Source of the DNA: Candidatus Sulfobium sp.
GTDB lineage: Bacteria; Nitrospirota; Thermodesulfovibrionia; Thermodesulfovibrionales; UBA6898
Reading direction: 5' to 3'
Length of the DNA: 34,112 bases
NCBI GenBank assembly: GCA_037380845.1
Contig: JARRRI010000041.1
Location: forward strand, 4,063 to 38,174
A program made the position numbers and the translations under genes. The notes under the pieces are model-generated. The model was not told the origin of the DNA. It searched no databases and saw only the letters and a program-made list of their open reading frames with translations. Of the stretch, positions 9,210 to 16,971 are shown piece after piece; the first letter of the stretch is position 1; the number at the start of each line of letters is the position of its first letter.

Positions 9210-9878
9210 TCAATCAACCAGGATCAGACCGCTCCAGACTATCTCCGTCTTCGGCGGTATGTCGAAGGGGAGCCCTGCATTGATACTGGTCTTCACAACG
9301 TCGATCCCAACACCCTCCATGGACGGCCGCGCCTGGTACGGCCGGCGGCAGGCGTTGCCGGGGCCGGCGCACTTGTGGCAAAGCATGCAGTCTCCGCCTA
9401 TGAGCCCGAGGGCGTAAGGGAACCCGAGAGTGATCGCGCGCCCCTCGACTTCGTTCACCAGCTTGTGCAACTTCACCGACGAAAGCTTCATGTCGTCGAA
9501 GCTCTTCTGCCTGGCCCTCTTTTCTTCAGCACCTGTTCCCCCTTCCGTCCCCTTGCCTTCCAGGAACTCCAGCGCCTCGTTACGGTCGACATCCCCCATC
9601 GGCGCCGCCAGCGGGGTCCTCGTCTGAACGAGGACCGCCCTGCGGTACCTGCGGAGTGCCTTGCCGAATTCCTCGACGGTAGGGACGTTGGGGGGACAGG
9701 TGAGGCATTGGCCGAAATGGGGGCAGAGGGGGATCTGACACTTCATCCGCACACGTTCGTCAACTGCCACCAGGCGGGCCGAAAAAACCCTGGCCCCGCT
9801 GGCCCCTCTTTCCAGGGCGAACTCCTCCAGCTTTCTTAATTCGGCCGTTTTCGTCGTCGTCTTCTTCACTTGTTCCAT
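9210..9878 (-). CDS. DUF2284-like Cys-rich metal-binding protein
   Basis: VRMKCQIPLCPHFGQCLTCPP, GGDCMLCHKC...C and RPSMEGVGIDV motifs. Confidence 0.85.
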   Translation of the reverse strand: MEQVKKTTTKTAELRKLEEFALERGASGARVFSARLVAVDERVRMKCQIPLCPHFGQCLTCPPNVPTVEEFGKALRRYRRAVLVQTRTPLAAPMGDVDRNEALEFLEGKGTEGGTGAEEKRARQKSFDDMKLSSVKLHKLVNEVEGRAITLGFPYALGLIGGDCMLCHKCAGPGNACRRPYQARPSMEGVGIDVVKTSINAGLPFDIPPKTEIVWSGLILVD

Positions 9879-10090
9879 ACGTATGTTTTCGGGCGATATT
9901 CCTTAACATCTACCATGTCCTGGTTGAGTACGACCCGTTTCTTTTTCCAGCATTTGGGGCACATGTAGCGCGACCTGAAGCCCCTGTCGGGACCGGTATA
10001 TCTCAGTTCCATGTGCGACCTGCAGGCCTTTGTGCCGCATTCCGGACAGATGTAGTGGGCTTCTCCTTCACATTTGAAGCATTTTTCCAT
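9866..10090 (-). CDS. Small Cys/His zinc-finger-like protein (74 aa)
   Basis: CFKC, CPEC, CRSH and CPKC motifs; overlaps the DUF2284 start. Confidence 0.8.
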   Translation of the reverse strand: MEKCFKCEGEAHYICPECGTKACRSHMELRYTGPDRGFRSRYMCPKCWKKKRVVLNQDMVDVKEYRPKTYVWNK

Positions 10091-10109
10091 TCTTTTTCTC
10101 TCCTTTCTC

Positions 10110-12806
10110 CTAAGTAGTCAGTTTCTTGTAAATCAGGGGCAGCCTTGCAGGCAGCGTCTCGATATTGTCGATAAGCGTATAATTTGCCTCGCCGTACATA
10201 TAGGGAAGGTAGTCCCTGCTTTTCTTATCCACCGTGATACAGAAGGAATTTATTCCTTTTCTTCTGCCTTCCCAGAGAGCCCTTCGCGTGTCTTCGACAG
10301 CGTAATCCGCATCGCCGTAGTCGATGTCGTATGGTCTGCCGTCTGACATGAGGATGAGCAGCCTGATGCGGGAGGGCTGCCGAGCCAGCAGCCATCCGCT
10401 ATGGCGGATGGCCGCCCCGAGCCTCGTCTGGGCCATGGGTTTAATGTTACCGAACCGCATCTTCACCTGGTTTCCAAACCTCTCGCCGAAATCGCGCACC
10501 ACGAAGAAGTCGACCTTGTCGCGGTAGTGGGAGGAAAAGCCATAAACGGCCCAGTGGTCACCGATGCTCTCCAGCGCTTCGGCCATCAGGACGAGCCCCT
10601 CGCGCTCGACGTCGATGATCCGCTTGCCTGACGGCAGCTCATCGCCCGTGGAATAACTCATGTCCACCAGAAAAGCCACGGAAACGTCCCTGAGGTTCTT
10701 TTCGCGCCGGATATAAACTCTGTCGGAGGGCGTCCTGCCTGCGTGTCTGTCTACGACGGCTTCGATGGCGGCATCGAGGTCCAGGTCGTCGCCGCGCTCC
10801 TCTCGGAAATACCGCTTGACCCGGTCCGGCCTGAGCAGGCCGAAGTGCCGGCGTAGCAGGCTCACCAGCCCGTAATTATCAGAAATAGTCTCGTTGTAAA
10901 AGCGGGCGTTCGTCTCAACCATGTCCATTTCCCGGACGCGGCACCAGTCCTTCCTATAATCGTCAAGCTTCATGTCCCACTCGTCGTAGTAGACAGTCCG
11001 CCTAAGCCTCTTTTCGGACTCCATCTCCTCAACCACGGTGGAAACCTGTTCGGCGAGCTCATGCATCCGCTCGGCATCGGTAATCTGCCAGAATAGCTCC
11101 TCGGCTTCCACCGGCAGGCTCTCTTCGATTCGATCCAGCGCGGCCTCCACCTCCCCGGCCGATATCTCCGCCTTCTTGTCCCGGAACCTGTCCACGAGGT
11201 CCGTGACGAGCCGGGAGGTGCCTTCCCGTGTTTTATCCACCAGGTCATAGTCGATGATGCCGCGGTAGAAGGCCCTCTCCGGACCCTCTGCTGGCGGGCC
11301 GCATTCCGCATCACCGTCAAGGGAGTTGCAGATGCCCAGTGCAAGCTCATAAACCCGGGCAACGGTGCAGTCGGCAGTGCACACTTGTGCAAGGGCCTCA
11401 TTGAGCAGACCGCCGAGCTTCTGCCCCCCGTCGCTTCCCGCGGTCACGCCGCTGACGGTCCGGTAGCCCATGGCCTCGATGATCGACATTGGTGCCGGCT
11501 GAGACTGCCTCCGTCCGTTGACATATGCCGTCATGAGTTGGAGGCGGTCCCGCTCGAGACCGGGATACTGCAGGCCCATCAGGAAATCGATGCGCTCGTC
11601 CTCGAGAAACTCGAAGATCCTTGCGGCAAGCGGCGGGTTCGGGCAGTCGGCCAGCCCCGAGATCTCGGCCCGTCCGAGGTCGAAAGTGCCGTGCATCAGG
11701 TGGCCCAGCTCATGGGAGAGCATCAACTTGTACGCCTTGAAGTTCATGTCCTCCCCGGTGAAGACGTCCACCCGGGAGGGCAGGAAGATCCGCGAGCCGT
11801 CAGTCACGGAGAAGAGCCTGCTGAGACCCGGGAGGTTCTTGTAGAAGAGGGCTGAGGAGCGCAGCCTTAGCTTCCTTTGCGTGAGGGCCTCGGCGTAAGA
11901 TCTCAGCACGTACTGGATGTCCCTCAGTTCGAGCCCCTTGACAAGGTTCTCGACCGCATGCCTGCTCGAACCGGTCTGGAGGGAGAAGAAGGATTTACCT
12001 TTGTCCGTGGCGGCGTCCGCTGTCTCGAGCCCCTTGGCCACCCATTCCTCCAGGTCGTGTACGGTCAACCGGCCCAGGATCTGGGGCGCGGACTTGAAAT
12101 ACTGAACGGCCAGCTCGATCTTCTTCGACTTGCCCGCCCCCGAGCCCGCGGCCAAAAGGCTGTGGGCGTTATATTCCGCTTTCACCCGGGGGCTTTTCTC
12201 GATGAGATAAAGGCCCAGCCGGGCCCAGCGCTCAAGGTCGCAATGGTCGACCTTCTGGAGCACCTCGGGACTGGCCCTGAAATACTCCTTTGCCGCCTTC
12301 CACGAATGTCGCGCCATATCGCGGCCGAGAAATGCCCAGGTCTCGAAGCGTTCCGGACCGACCGACTTGAGCACCGTCACGCTGCCCTGGAAATACTGTA
12401 GGGCGACGTCAAGGTCAATCTCTGCCAGCGCGGCGCCATGGCCGATCCATCTCGAGACTGTATCGCCCGCCGCACCGGCCATGGACGGCAGGGCTTCGTA
12501 AGCCTCCTCCACAACGCTCCACTTGGAGCGGCCCATATCGAGCAATGCAATGAGGACTTCGGCCCTCACATGCGCGTCGGCCAGAGCCGACAAAGTGGCG
12601 GCGCCGCTGCCGAGGATGCGGAGGGCCAGAGGCCGGCTGAGCGGCGCCAGTGTATCCACAAGTTGGAAGAAGACAGTCCTGCCTGTCTCATCGAGGACCC
12701 CGCTGAGATTCGTTTCTGCGTCGCCGATCATGTCCTGGGCCCCGAGTTTTTCGGCCAGGGCCTTCAGCGGAACCGGGCCATCATTTTTCACGTAAGAGGT
12801 GTTCAT
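10110..12806 (-). CDS. CbbO/NorD-family VWA-domain adaptor protein
   Basis: YDEWD...Y...[34 protein letters not shown] and SDGRPYD motifs; ATGA overlap with the AAA+ gene. Confidence 0.9.
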   Translation of the reverse strand: MNTSYVKNDGPVPLKALAEKLGAQDMIGDAETNLSGVLDETGRTVFFQLVDTLAPLSRPLALRILGSGAATLSALADAHVRAEVLIALLDMGRSKWSVVEEAYEALPSMAGAAGDTVSRWIGHGAALAEIDLDVALQYFQGSVTVLKSVGPERFETWAFLGRDMARHSWKAAKEYFRASPEVLQKVDHCDLERWARLGLYLIEKSPRVKAEYNAHSLLAAGSGAGKSKKIELAVQYFKSAPQILGRLTVHDLEEWVAKGLETADAATDKGKSFFSLQTGSSRHAVENLVKGLELRDIQYVLRSYAEALTQRKLRLRSSALFYKNLPGLSRLFSVTDGSRIFLPSRVDVFTGEDMNFKAYKLMLSHELGHLMHGTFDLGRAEISGLADCPNPPLAARIFEFLEDERIDFLMGLQYPGLERDRLQLMTAYVNGRRQSQPAPMSIIEAMGYRTVSGVTAGSDGGQKLGGLLNEALAQVCTADCTVARVYELALGICNSLDGDAECGPPAEGPERAFYRGIIDYDLVDKTREGTSRLVTDLVDRFRDKKAEISAGEVEAALDRIEESLPVEAEELFWQITDAERMHELAEQVSTVVEEMESEKRLRRTVYYDEWDMKLDDYRKDWCRVREMDMVETNARFYNETISDNYGLVSLLRRHFGLLRPDRVKRYFREERGDDLDLDAAIEAVVDRHAGRTPSDRVYIRREKNLRDVSVAFLVDMSYSTGDELPSGKRIIDVEREGLVLMAEALESIGDHWAVYGFSSHYRDKVDFFVVRDFGERFGNQVKMRFGNIKPMAQTRLGAAIRHSGWLLARQPSRIRLLILMSDGRPYDIDYGDADYAVEDTRRALWEGRRKGINSFCITVDKKSRDYLPYMYGEANYTLIDNIETLPARLPLIYKKLTT

Positions 12807-13633
12807 ACGACCGCCGAGACTATCTCTTCCAGAGTTTTCTGTATCTCGATGTCATCCGTGATCGGCTTGATCATGGCCACCGTGCATGCCCTGCGCGGAT
12901 TAATGCCACGTTTTATGAGGACACCGGCATAGATGAGCAGCCTCGTGCTTACCCCTTCGTCGAGACCCCGGTCCTTCAGCCCCCGTATCTTCTCCGCGAT
13001 CTTTCTGAGGTCGGCCGCGGTCTTCTGGTCGACACCGCTTTCATGCACTACGATCTCCTCTTCAAGCCCTGCGGGCGGATAGTCGAATTCGATGGTGACG
13101 AACCGCTGCTTCGTGCTCTGTTTCAGGTCCTTCAGCACCGTCTGGTAGCCGGGGTTGTAAGAGACGGCCAGCATGAAGGTGTCGGCAGCCTCCAGGACCT
13201 GGCCGCGCTTCTCAAGGGGCAACATCCTTCGGTCGTCGGTAAGGGGGTGGATCACGACTGTGGTGTCCTTGCGGGCCTCCACGACCTCATCCAGGTAGCA
13301 GACGCCGCCGTGGCGGACGGCGAGGGACAGGGGGCCGTCCTGCCAGCGGGTGGAACTGCCGTCAAGGAGGTAACGCCCCACCAGGTCGCTTGCCGTAAGG
13401 TCCTCGTGGCAGGCGATCGTGATCAGCGGCAGGTTCATCTTGTAGGCCATGAACCCGAGGAAGCGCGTCTTGCCGCACCCGGTGGGACCCTTCAGCATAA
13501 GGGGCAGCTTGTCTTCGTAAGCGATTTTGAAAAGTTCCACCTCGTCCTGTATGGGCAGGTAAAACGGCTCGCTCGCGATCCTGTAGTCCTCCATATTTTT
13601 TTCAACTGTCTCTTTGTGAATTGTCTCTTGCAT
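12803..13633 (-). CDS. CbbQ/NirQ/NorQ-family MoxR AAA+ ATPase
   Basis: [50 protein letters not shown] and GVSTRLL motifs. Confidence 0.95.
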   Translation of the reverse strand: MQETIHKETVEKNMEDYRIASEPFYLPIQDEVELFKIAYEDKLPLMLKGPTGCGKTRFLGFMAYKMNLPLITIACHEDLTASDLVGRYLLDGSSTRWQDGPLSLAVRHGGVCYLDEVVEARKDTTVVIHPLTDDRRMLPLEKRGQVLEAADTFMLAVSYNPGYQTVLKDLKQSTKQRFVTIEFDYPPAGLEEEIVVHESGVDQKTAADLRKIAEKIRGLKDRGLDEGVSTRLLIYAGVLIKRGINPRRACTVAMIKPITDDIEIQKTLEEIVSAVV

Positions 13634-13638
13634 ATTCG

Positions 13639-14076
13639 TTACCTCTCGGTTTTATTGCTGCGGCTATGATTTTCCGGTTCCATGGACAGCCCATGCTCTT
13701 GAAATACCTGCTTAAGGGCATCTTCCGTAACGCGCGCGACAGCTTCACGGGAAAGACCGTAGATTACCGAATTTATCACCAACCGGAAGGTCGTGGCCGG
13801 TTCTCCGTCTTTCCCTTCCACGGTCAGGTCTGCGGGGTCGCCCAGCGTATCTGCCGCAAGAAAACCTGTCGCGTGTTCCACGTACGCCTTGATGTGCCCT
13901 ATATCCTTTGCCCCCTTCGCTACACATCCCGACGCTACGGCCGTCATGAGCGAGGCAGCGAAGCTCCTCAACTCCTCCGGTGGGACCGGCGTGCTGCGAG
14001 TTGCGAGGCAGGCGACTCCGTAGCCGTGTATCTCCCCGTGGGCCGGGTTTTCTTCAATGCGAATAAAATCGGTCAT
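13639..14076 (-). CDS. Hypothetical protein with IGHIK motif, probable partner of the G3E GTPase
   Basis: 145-aa ORF with ATGA overlap on the GTPase stop; stop codon 5 nt before the CbbQ start. Confidence 0.75.
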   Translation of the reverse strand: MTDFIRIEENPAHGEIHGYGVACLATRSTPVPPEELRSFAASLMTAVASGCVAKGAKDIGHIKAYVEHATGFLAADTLGDPADLTVEGKDGEPATTFRLVINSVIYGLSREAVARVTEDALKQVFQEHGLSMEPENHSRSNKTER

Positions 14077-14690
14077 GCCGCAACGACCCTTTCCCTTACG
14101 GCCCCCGCGAGTTCGGTCAGTCCTTTGCCGGTGTGCGTCGAGAGTTCCAGGACAGCTGCCGCCGGATTGATTTTGATAGCTTCATCACGGGCTTTTCCGA
14201 GTGTCTCGGGCGGTACCCTGTCGGCCTTGCTGAGGGCGATTATGTCCGCGTCCCTCAGCTGTGTACCGACCAGCCTTTTCAAGGTATCGTAGGTGAGAAG
14301 CTTTTCGGCCCGCGTGGTGTCGAAGAGGACGATAGTGGGGCCGATTACGATATTATTTCTGGCCGCCCCGGTCAAAACATTTTCTCTGATAGTGTTCGGC
14401 ACTGCCATGCCCGTGGGCTCGACGAAGATGAGATCGGGCTTAGGCCCTTTTGCCAGGGACTCGAGGGTCCTGAGCATGTTCCCCGCAACCTGGCAGCATA
14501 TGCAACCTCCCCCAATGTCCTTCACCGTGAGGCCGAATTCCTTCATCACCCTGCCGTCGACCGGGACTTCGCCTGCGTCGTTTACGATTACGGCCGTCTT
14601 CAGCCCCGGTTCAGCCATCATTTTGGCAAGTGCTATGATCAGGGTGGTCTTCCCTGAGCCGAGGTATCCTGCGACCTGGATCAGTTTCAT
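14073..14690 (-). CDS. CobW/HypB/UreG (COG0523, G3E) GTPase, nucleotide-binding domain only
   Basis: Own ATG at 14690 (MKLIQVAGYLGSGKTT); GGCICC, EPTG and SKAD motifs. Also reachable as an in-frame fusion from 15536. Confidence 0.88.
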   Translation of the reverse strand: MKLIQVAGYLGSGKTTLIIALAKMMAEPGLKTAVIVNDAGEVPVDGRVMKEFGLTVKDIGGGCICCQVAGNMLRTLESLAKGPKPDLIFVEPTGMAVPNTIRENVLTGAARNNIVIGPTIVLFDTTRAEKLLTYDTLKRLVGTQLRDADIIALSKADRVPPETLGKARDEAIKINPAAAVLELSTHTGKGLTELAGAVRERVVAA

Positions 14691-14695
14691 ATCTT

Positions 14696-15536
14696 TCACG
14701 CCGCCTTCAGAGTCGACACGAGTTCTTCCATGTTCTTCCTGGGAACTTCGGGCCACAGATCGCAGCCGGGCCATTGCGCCGCACTCAGCCATGTCCTTGA
14801 TGATGGCATTCGTGTCTCCGCAGATATGCAGTATGTTCGGCCTGGGTATCTCCGACAGGATCTTGACGAGGTGAGGTTTTATGAGGGACCTGAAACTCTT
14901 GGGACTCATGACGTCAGAAGTCCCCCCCATCTCCCTGAGAGTGAAATAATCCGCACCGGCGTCGCGATATATTCCGAAAAGCCTTATGATGAATTCCGAG
15001 AGCTTTGCGAGGAGCTTGCCGGTCTTTTCGGGCTCCAGGAAGGACTCTTCGAAGAGGGCATCTAATTCTTTTACCTGTCCGGCGAGAGTGAAAGGCCCCA
15101 GGGCATAGGTTCCGATAGCCACCTCGTCACCCAGCTCCCGCCTGAGAGCCTTAATCGCACCCGTGACAACCGGTATCCTCCCCGCGTTTTCCATGTCTTC
15201 GGGGATCCTGACATCCTCAACTTCCACCACCGATTTTTCCTTTATCGTCGGGTAGAGAAGACCTTCTACCTCGTCATAAAAATTCATCTTCGCCCCGAGT
15301 GCCTCCGCTTCGACCCCGAGGTCAAAAGGTACCACCGCGCATTCATAGCCGAATTCTTTGTACATTCCTGCTGCTGCCCTGGCCATCAATTCCGGATCCC
15401 GGTGCACCTTGGAAAAAACGATGCCGTAATCATCGAGAACGGGTTTTATTACATTGCCCATCCCGCTGAAGACCGGTGGACGGTCCACCTTCTCACCGTT
15501 GAGGAATTTGAGGACTCTTTCTCTTGCTGAAAGCAT
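14696..15536 (-). pseudogene. Second MtaA/CmuA-family methyltransferase with internal deletion and frameshift
   Basis: 254 aa ending LHICGD...ECGA. The true C-terminus WPGCDLWPEVPRKNMEELVSTLKAA* is in another frame (14773-14696). Confidence 0.85.
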
Positions 15537-15682
15537 ACGTACTTTCTCCTTTCTGTGGAAGTAGTCTGTGGGGAGAAATTTGACTTTTTTGAGGAGCTGT
15601 TTCGCCGCCCTTCCCGGGCGCCTCCCGGCTCTTTTTCTATTTAGCGCCCCACAATTTTATGTTGTCACAGCCCCGGCCGACA

Positions 15683-15709
15683 GAACAATCGGGGTTTCCC
15701 TGATTCTTC
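15683..15709. promoter_or_regulatory. Palindromic candidate operator upstream of the methyltransferase operon
   Basis: GAACAATCGGGG-TTT-CCCTGATTCTTC (12-bp arms, 2 mismatches); candidate -10 TAAAAT on the - strand at 15654-15659. Confidence 0.5.
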
Positions 15710-15853
15710 GTCCGGAAAGGCCTTAGCGTAGCCTGAGAAGTCATGGAAATTATTTTTACTCCCCGAAAGGGGCTGTGAGGACAGGAATCTTTCAAAACGA
15801 ACGGAGCTGATATAAAGTATTTCACTGACCGGGTCCTTGTTTTTGTGTTTCAT

Positions 15854-15992
15854 AAAATCCCTCTTAACCCCTGGTCGCCTTCGGGCCGCCAGAGGCGGGT
15901 AAACTTCCTTTGCCAGTCACCCTCCCTTAATCCCTCCCGTCAAGGGAGGGAAATTTTCTGTCACTAGCCCGGGATTGGGAGAGGGGTATTTT
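15854..15992. repeat. REP-like palindromic element (CCCTCCC/GGGAGGG type)
   Basis: Imperfect outer IR AAAATCCCTCTTAACCCC / GGGATTGGGAGAGGGGTATTTT, with an internal TCCCTCCC-GTCAA-GGGAGGGA hairpin. Confidence 0.55.
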
Positions 15993-16047
15993 TGGGACAA
16001 ACCCCCATGAGCTTTAGTCTCACGAAGGAGAACGAAAAAGGCCTTTT

Positions 16048-16209
16048 CGTCATACCCGCAAACCTGCCTGCCGGCAGGCAGGGGCGGGTATATCCAGGTT
16101 CTCCTAAGAAAAATGGATTCTCGATGCGAGTCCCGAAGCGGGTCTCCGCGTAGGATGCTACGACTTCGCTGAGAGTCGCTGCGACCCAACTACTGCCTCG
16201 GGAATGACG
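16048..16209. repeat. Composite REP/MITE-like element, copy 1
   Basis: Inverted arms CGTCAT.CCCG...CGGG.ATCCA. The left arm carries the palindrome CCTGCCTGCCGGCAGGCAGG; the right arm matches 26917-27013 in reverse complement. Confidence 0.85.
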
Positions 16210-16323
16210 GCCTATAATCATTTTCGGAGCAAGATTCTATGTAGATTCAACTGTGAGACTGTTATAAGCGAAGGAGGCGCGGATAATTCCGGAAACGAGG
16301 GAATAAAGCCCTGAAACGACCGA

Positions 16324-16971
16324 CTACAGGGAGGTGAGCCCCTCCCGGACGGCATATTTGGTAAGTTCCGCCAGGCGGTGGATACCCAGTTTGTTCATGA
16401 TGTTGGTACGGTGGGTCTCCACCGTCTTGATGCTCACATTGAGTTCTTCGGCGATCTCCTTGGCGGTCCTTCCTTCAGCGAGGAGCTGGAGGACCTCCCG
16501 CTCCCTGTCTGAAAGAAGGGTATAGGCAGAAGACTCGGGCTTCGGCGTATGCCTGACATAACTTTCAACCACGATGCCCGAAATATCGGGACTCAGGTAG
16601 ATCTTGTCCGCCAACACGGTCCTGATGACTGATTCGAGCTCATCGAAGACATAGTCCTTCGAAAGATAAGCGGAAGCCCCGGCCTTGAGCATTTCAGCGA
16701 CGAAACGCCGGTCTGAATGCATTGACAGCGCGATGATCTTGATGTCCGGATGATCGGCTATGATCTGCCTGGCCGCCTCGATGCCGTTCAGATCCGGCAT
16801 CGCCACGTCCAGAATGACTATGTCCGGTTTGAGGTCCCCTACCATCCGGACCGTGGACCTTCCGTCCTCGGCTTCCCCGACGACCTTAATGGCGGGGTGT
16901 TTTTCGAGGAGCGTACGAAGGCCGTCGCGGATGAATTTGTGGTCGTCGGCAAGGAATACGTTGATGCTCAT
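16324..16971 (-). CDS. NarL/LuxR-family response regulator
   Basis: LADDH, ILDVAMPDLNG receiver; LSDREREVLQLLAEG...SIKTVETHR HTH. Confidence 0.96.
   Translation of the reverse strand: MSINVFLADDHKFIRDGLRTLLEKHPAIKVVGEAEDGRSTVRMVGDLKPDIVILDVAMPDLNGIEAARQIIADHPDIKIIALSMHSDRRFVAEMLKAGASAYLSKDYVFDELESVIRTVLADKIYLSPDISGIVVESYVRHTPKPESSAYTLLSDREREVLQLLAEGRTAKEIAEELNVSIKTVETHRTNIMNKLGIHRLAELTKYAVREGLTSL

Noticed and set aside
10110..13633. Evidence for Calvin cycle or denitrification (cbbQO/norQD)
   Set aside because: No cbbL/cbbM or norCB in the window; only family membership is supported.
14073..15536. 487-aa natural methyltransferase-GTPase fusion protein (ORF track)
   Set aside because: The real methyltransferase C-terminus is visible in another frame and about 60 codons are missing, so this is a lesion rather than an evolved fusion.
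15637..16221. Short - strand ORFs in the intergenic region
   Set aside because: They run through promoter and palindromic repeat DNA and show no protein-like features.
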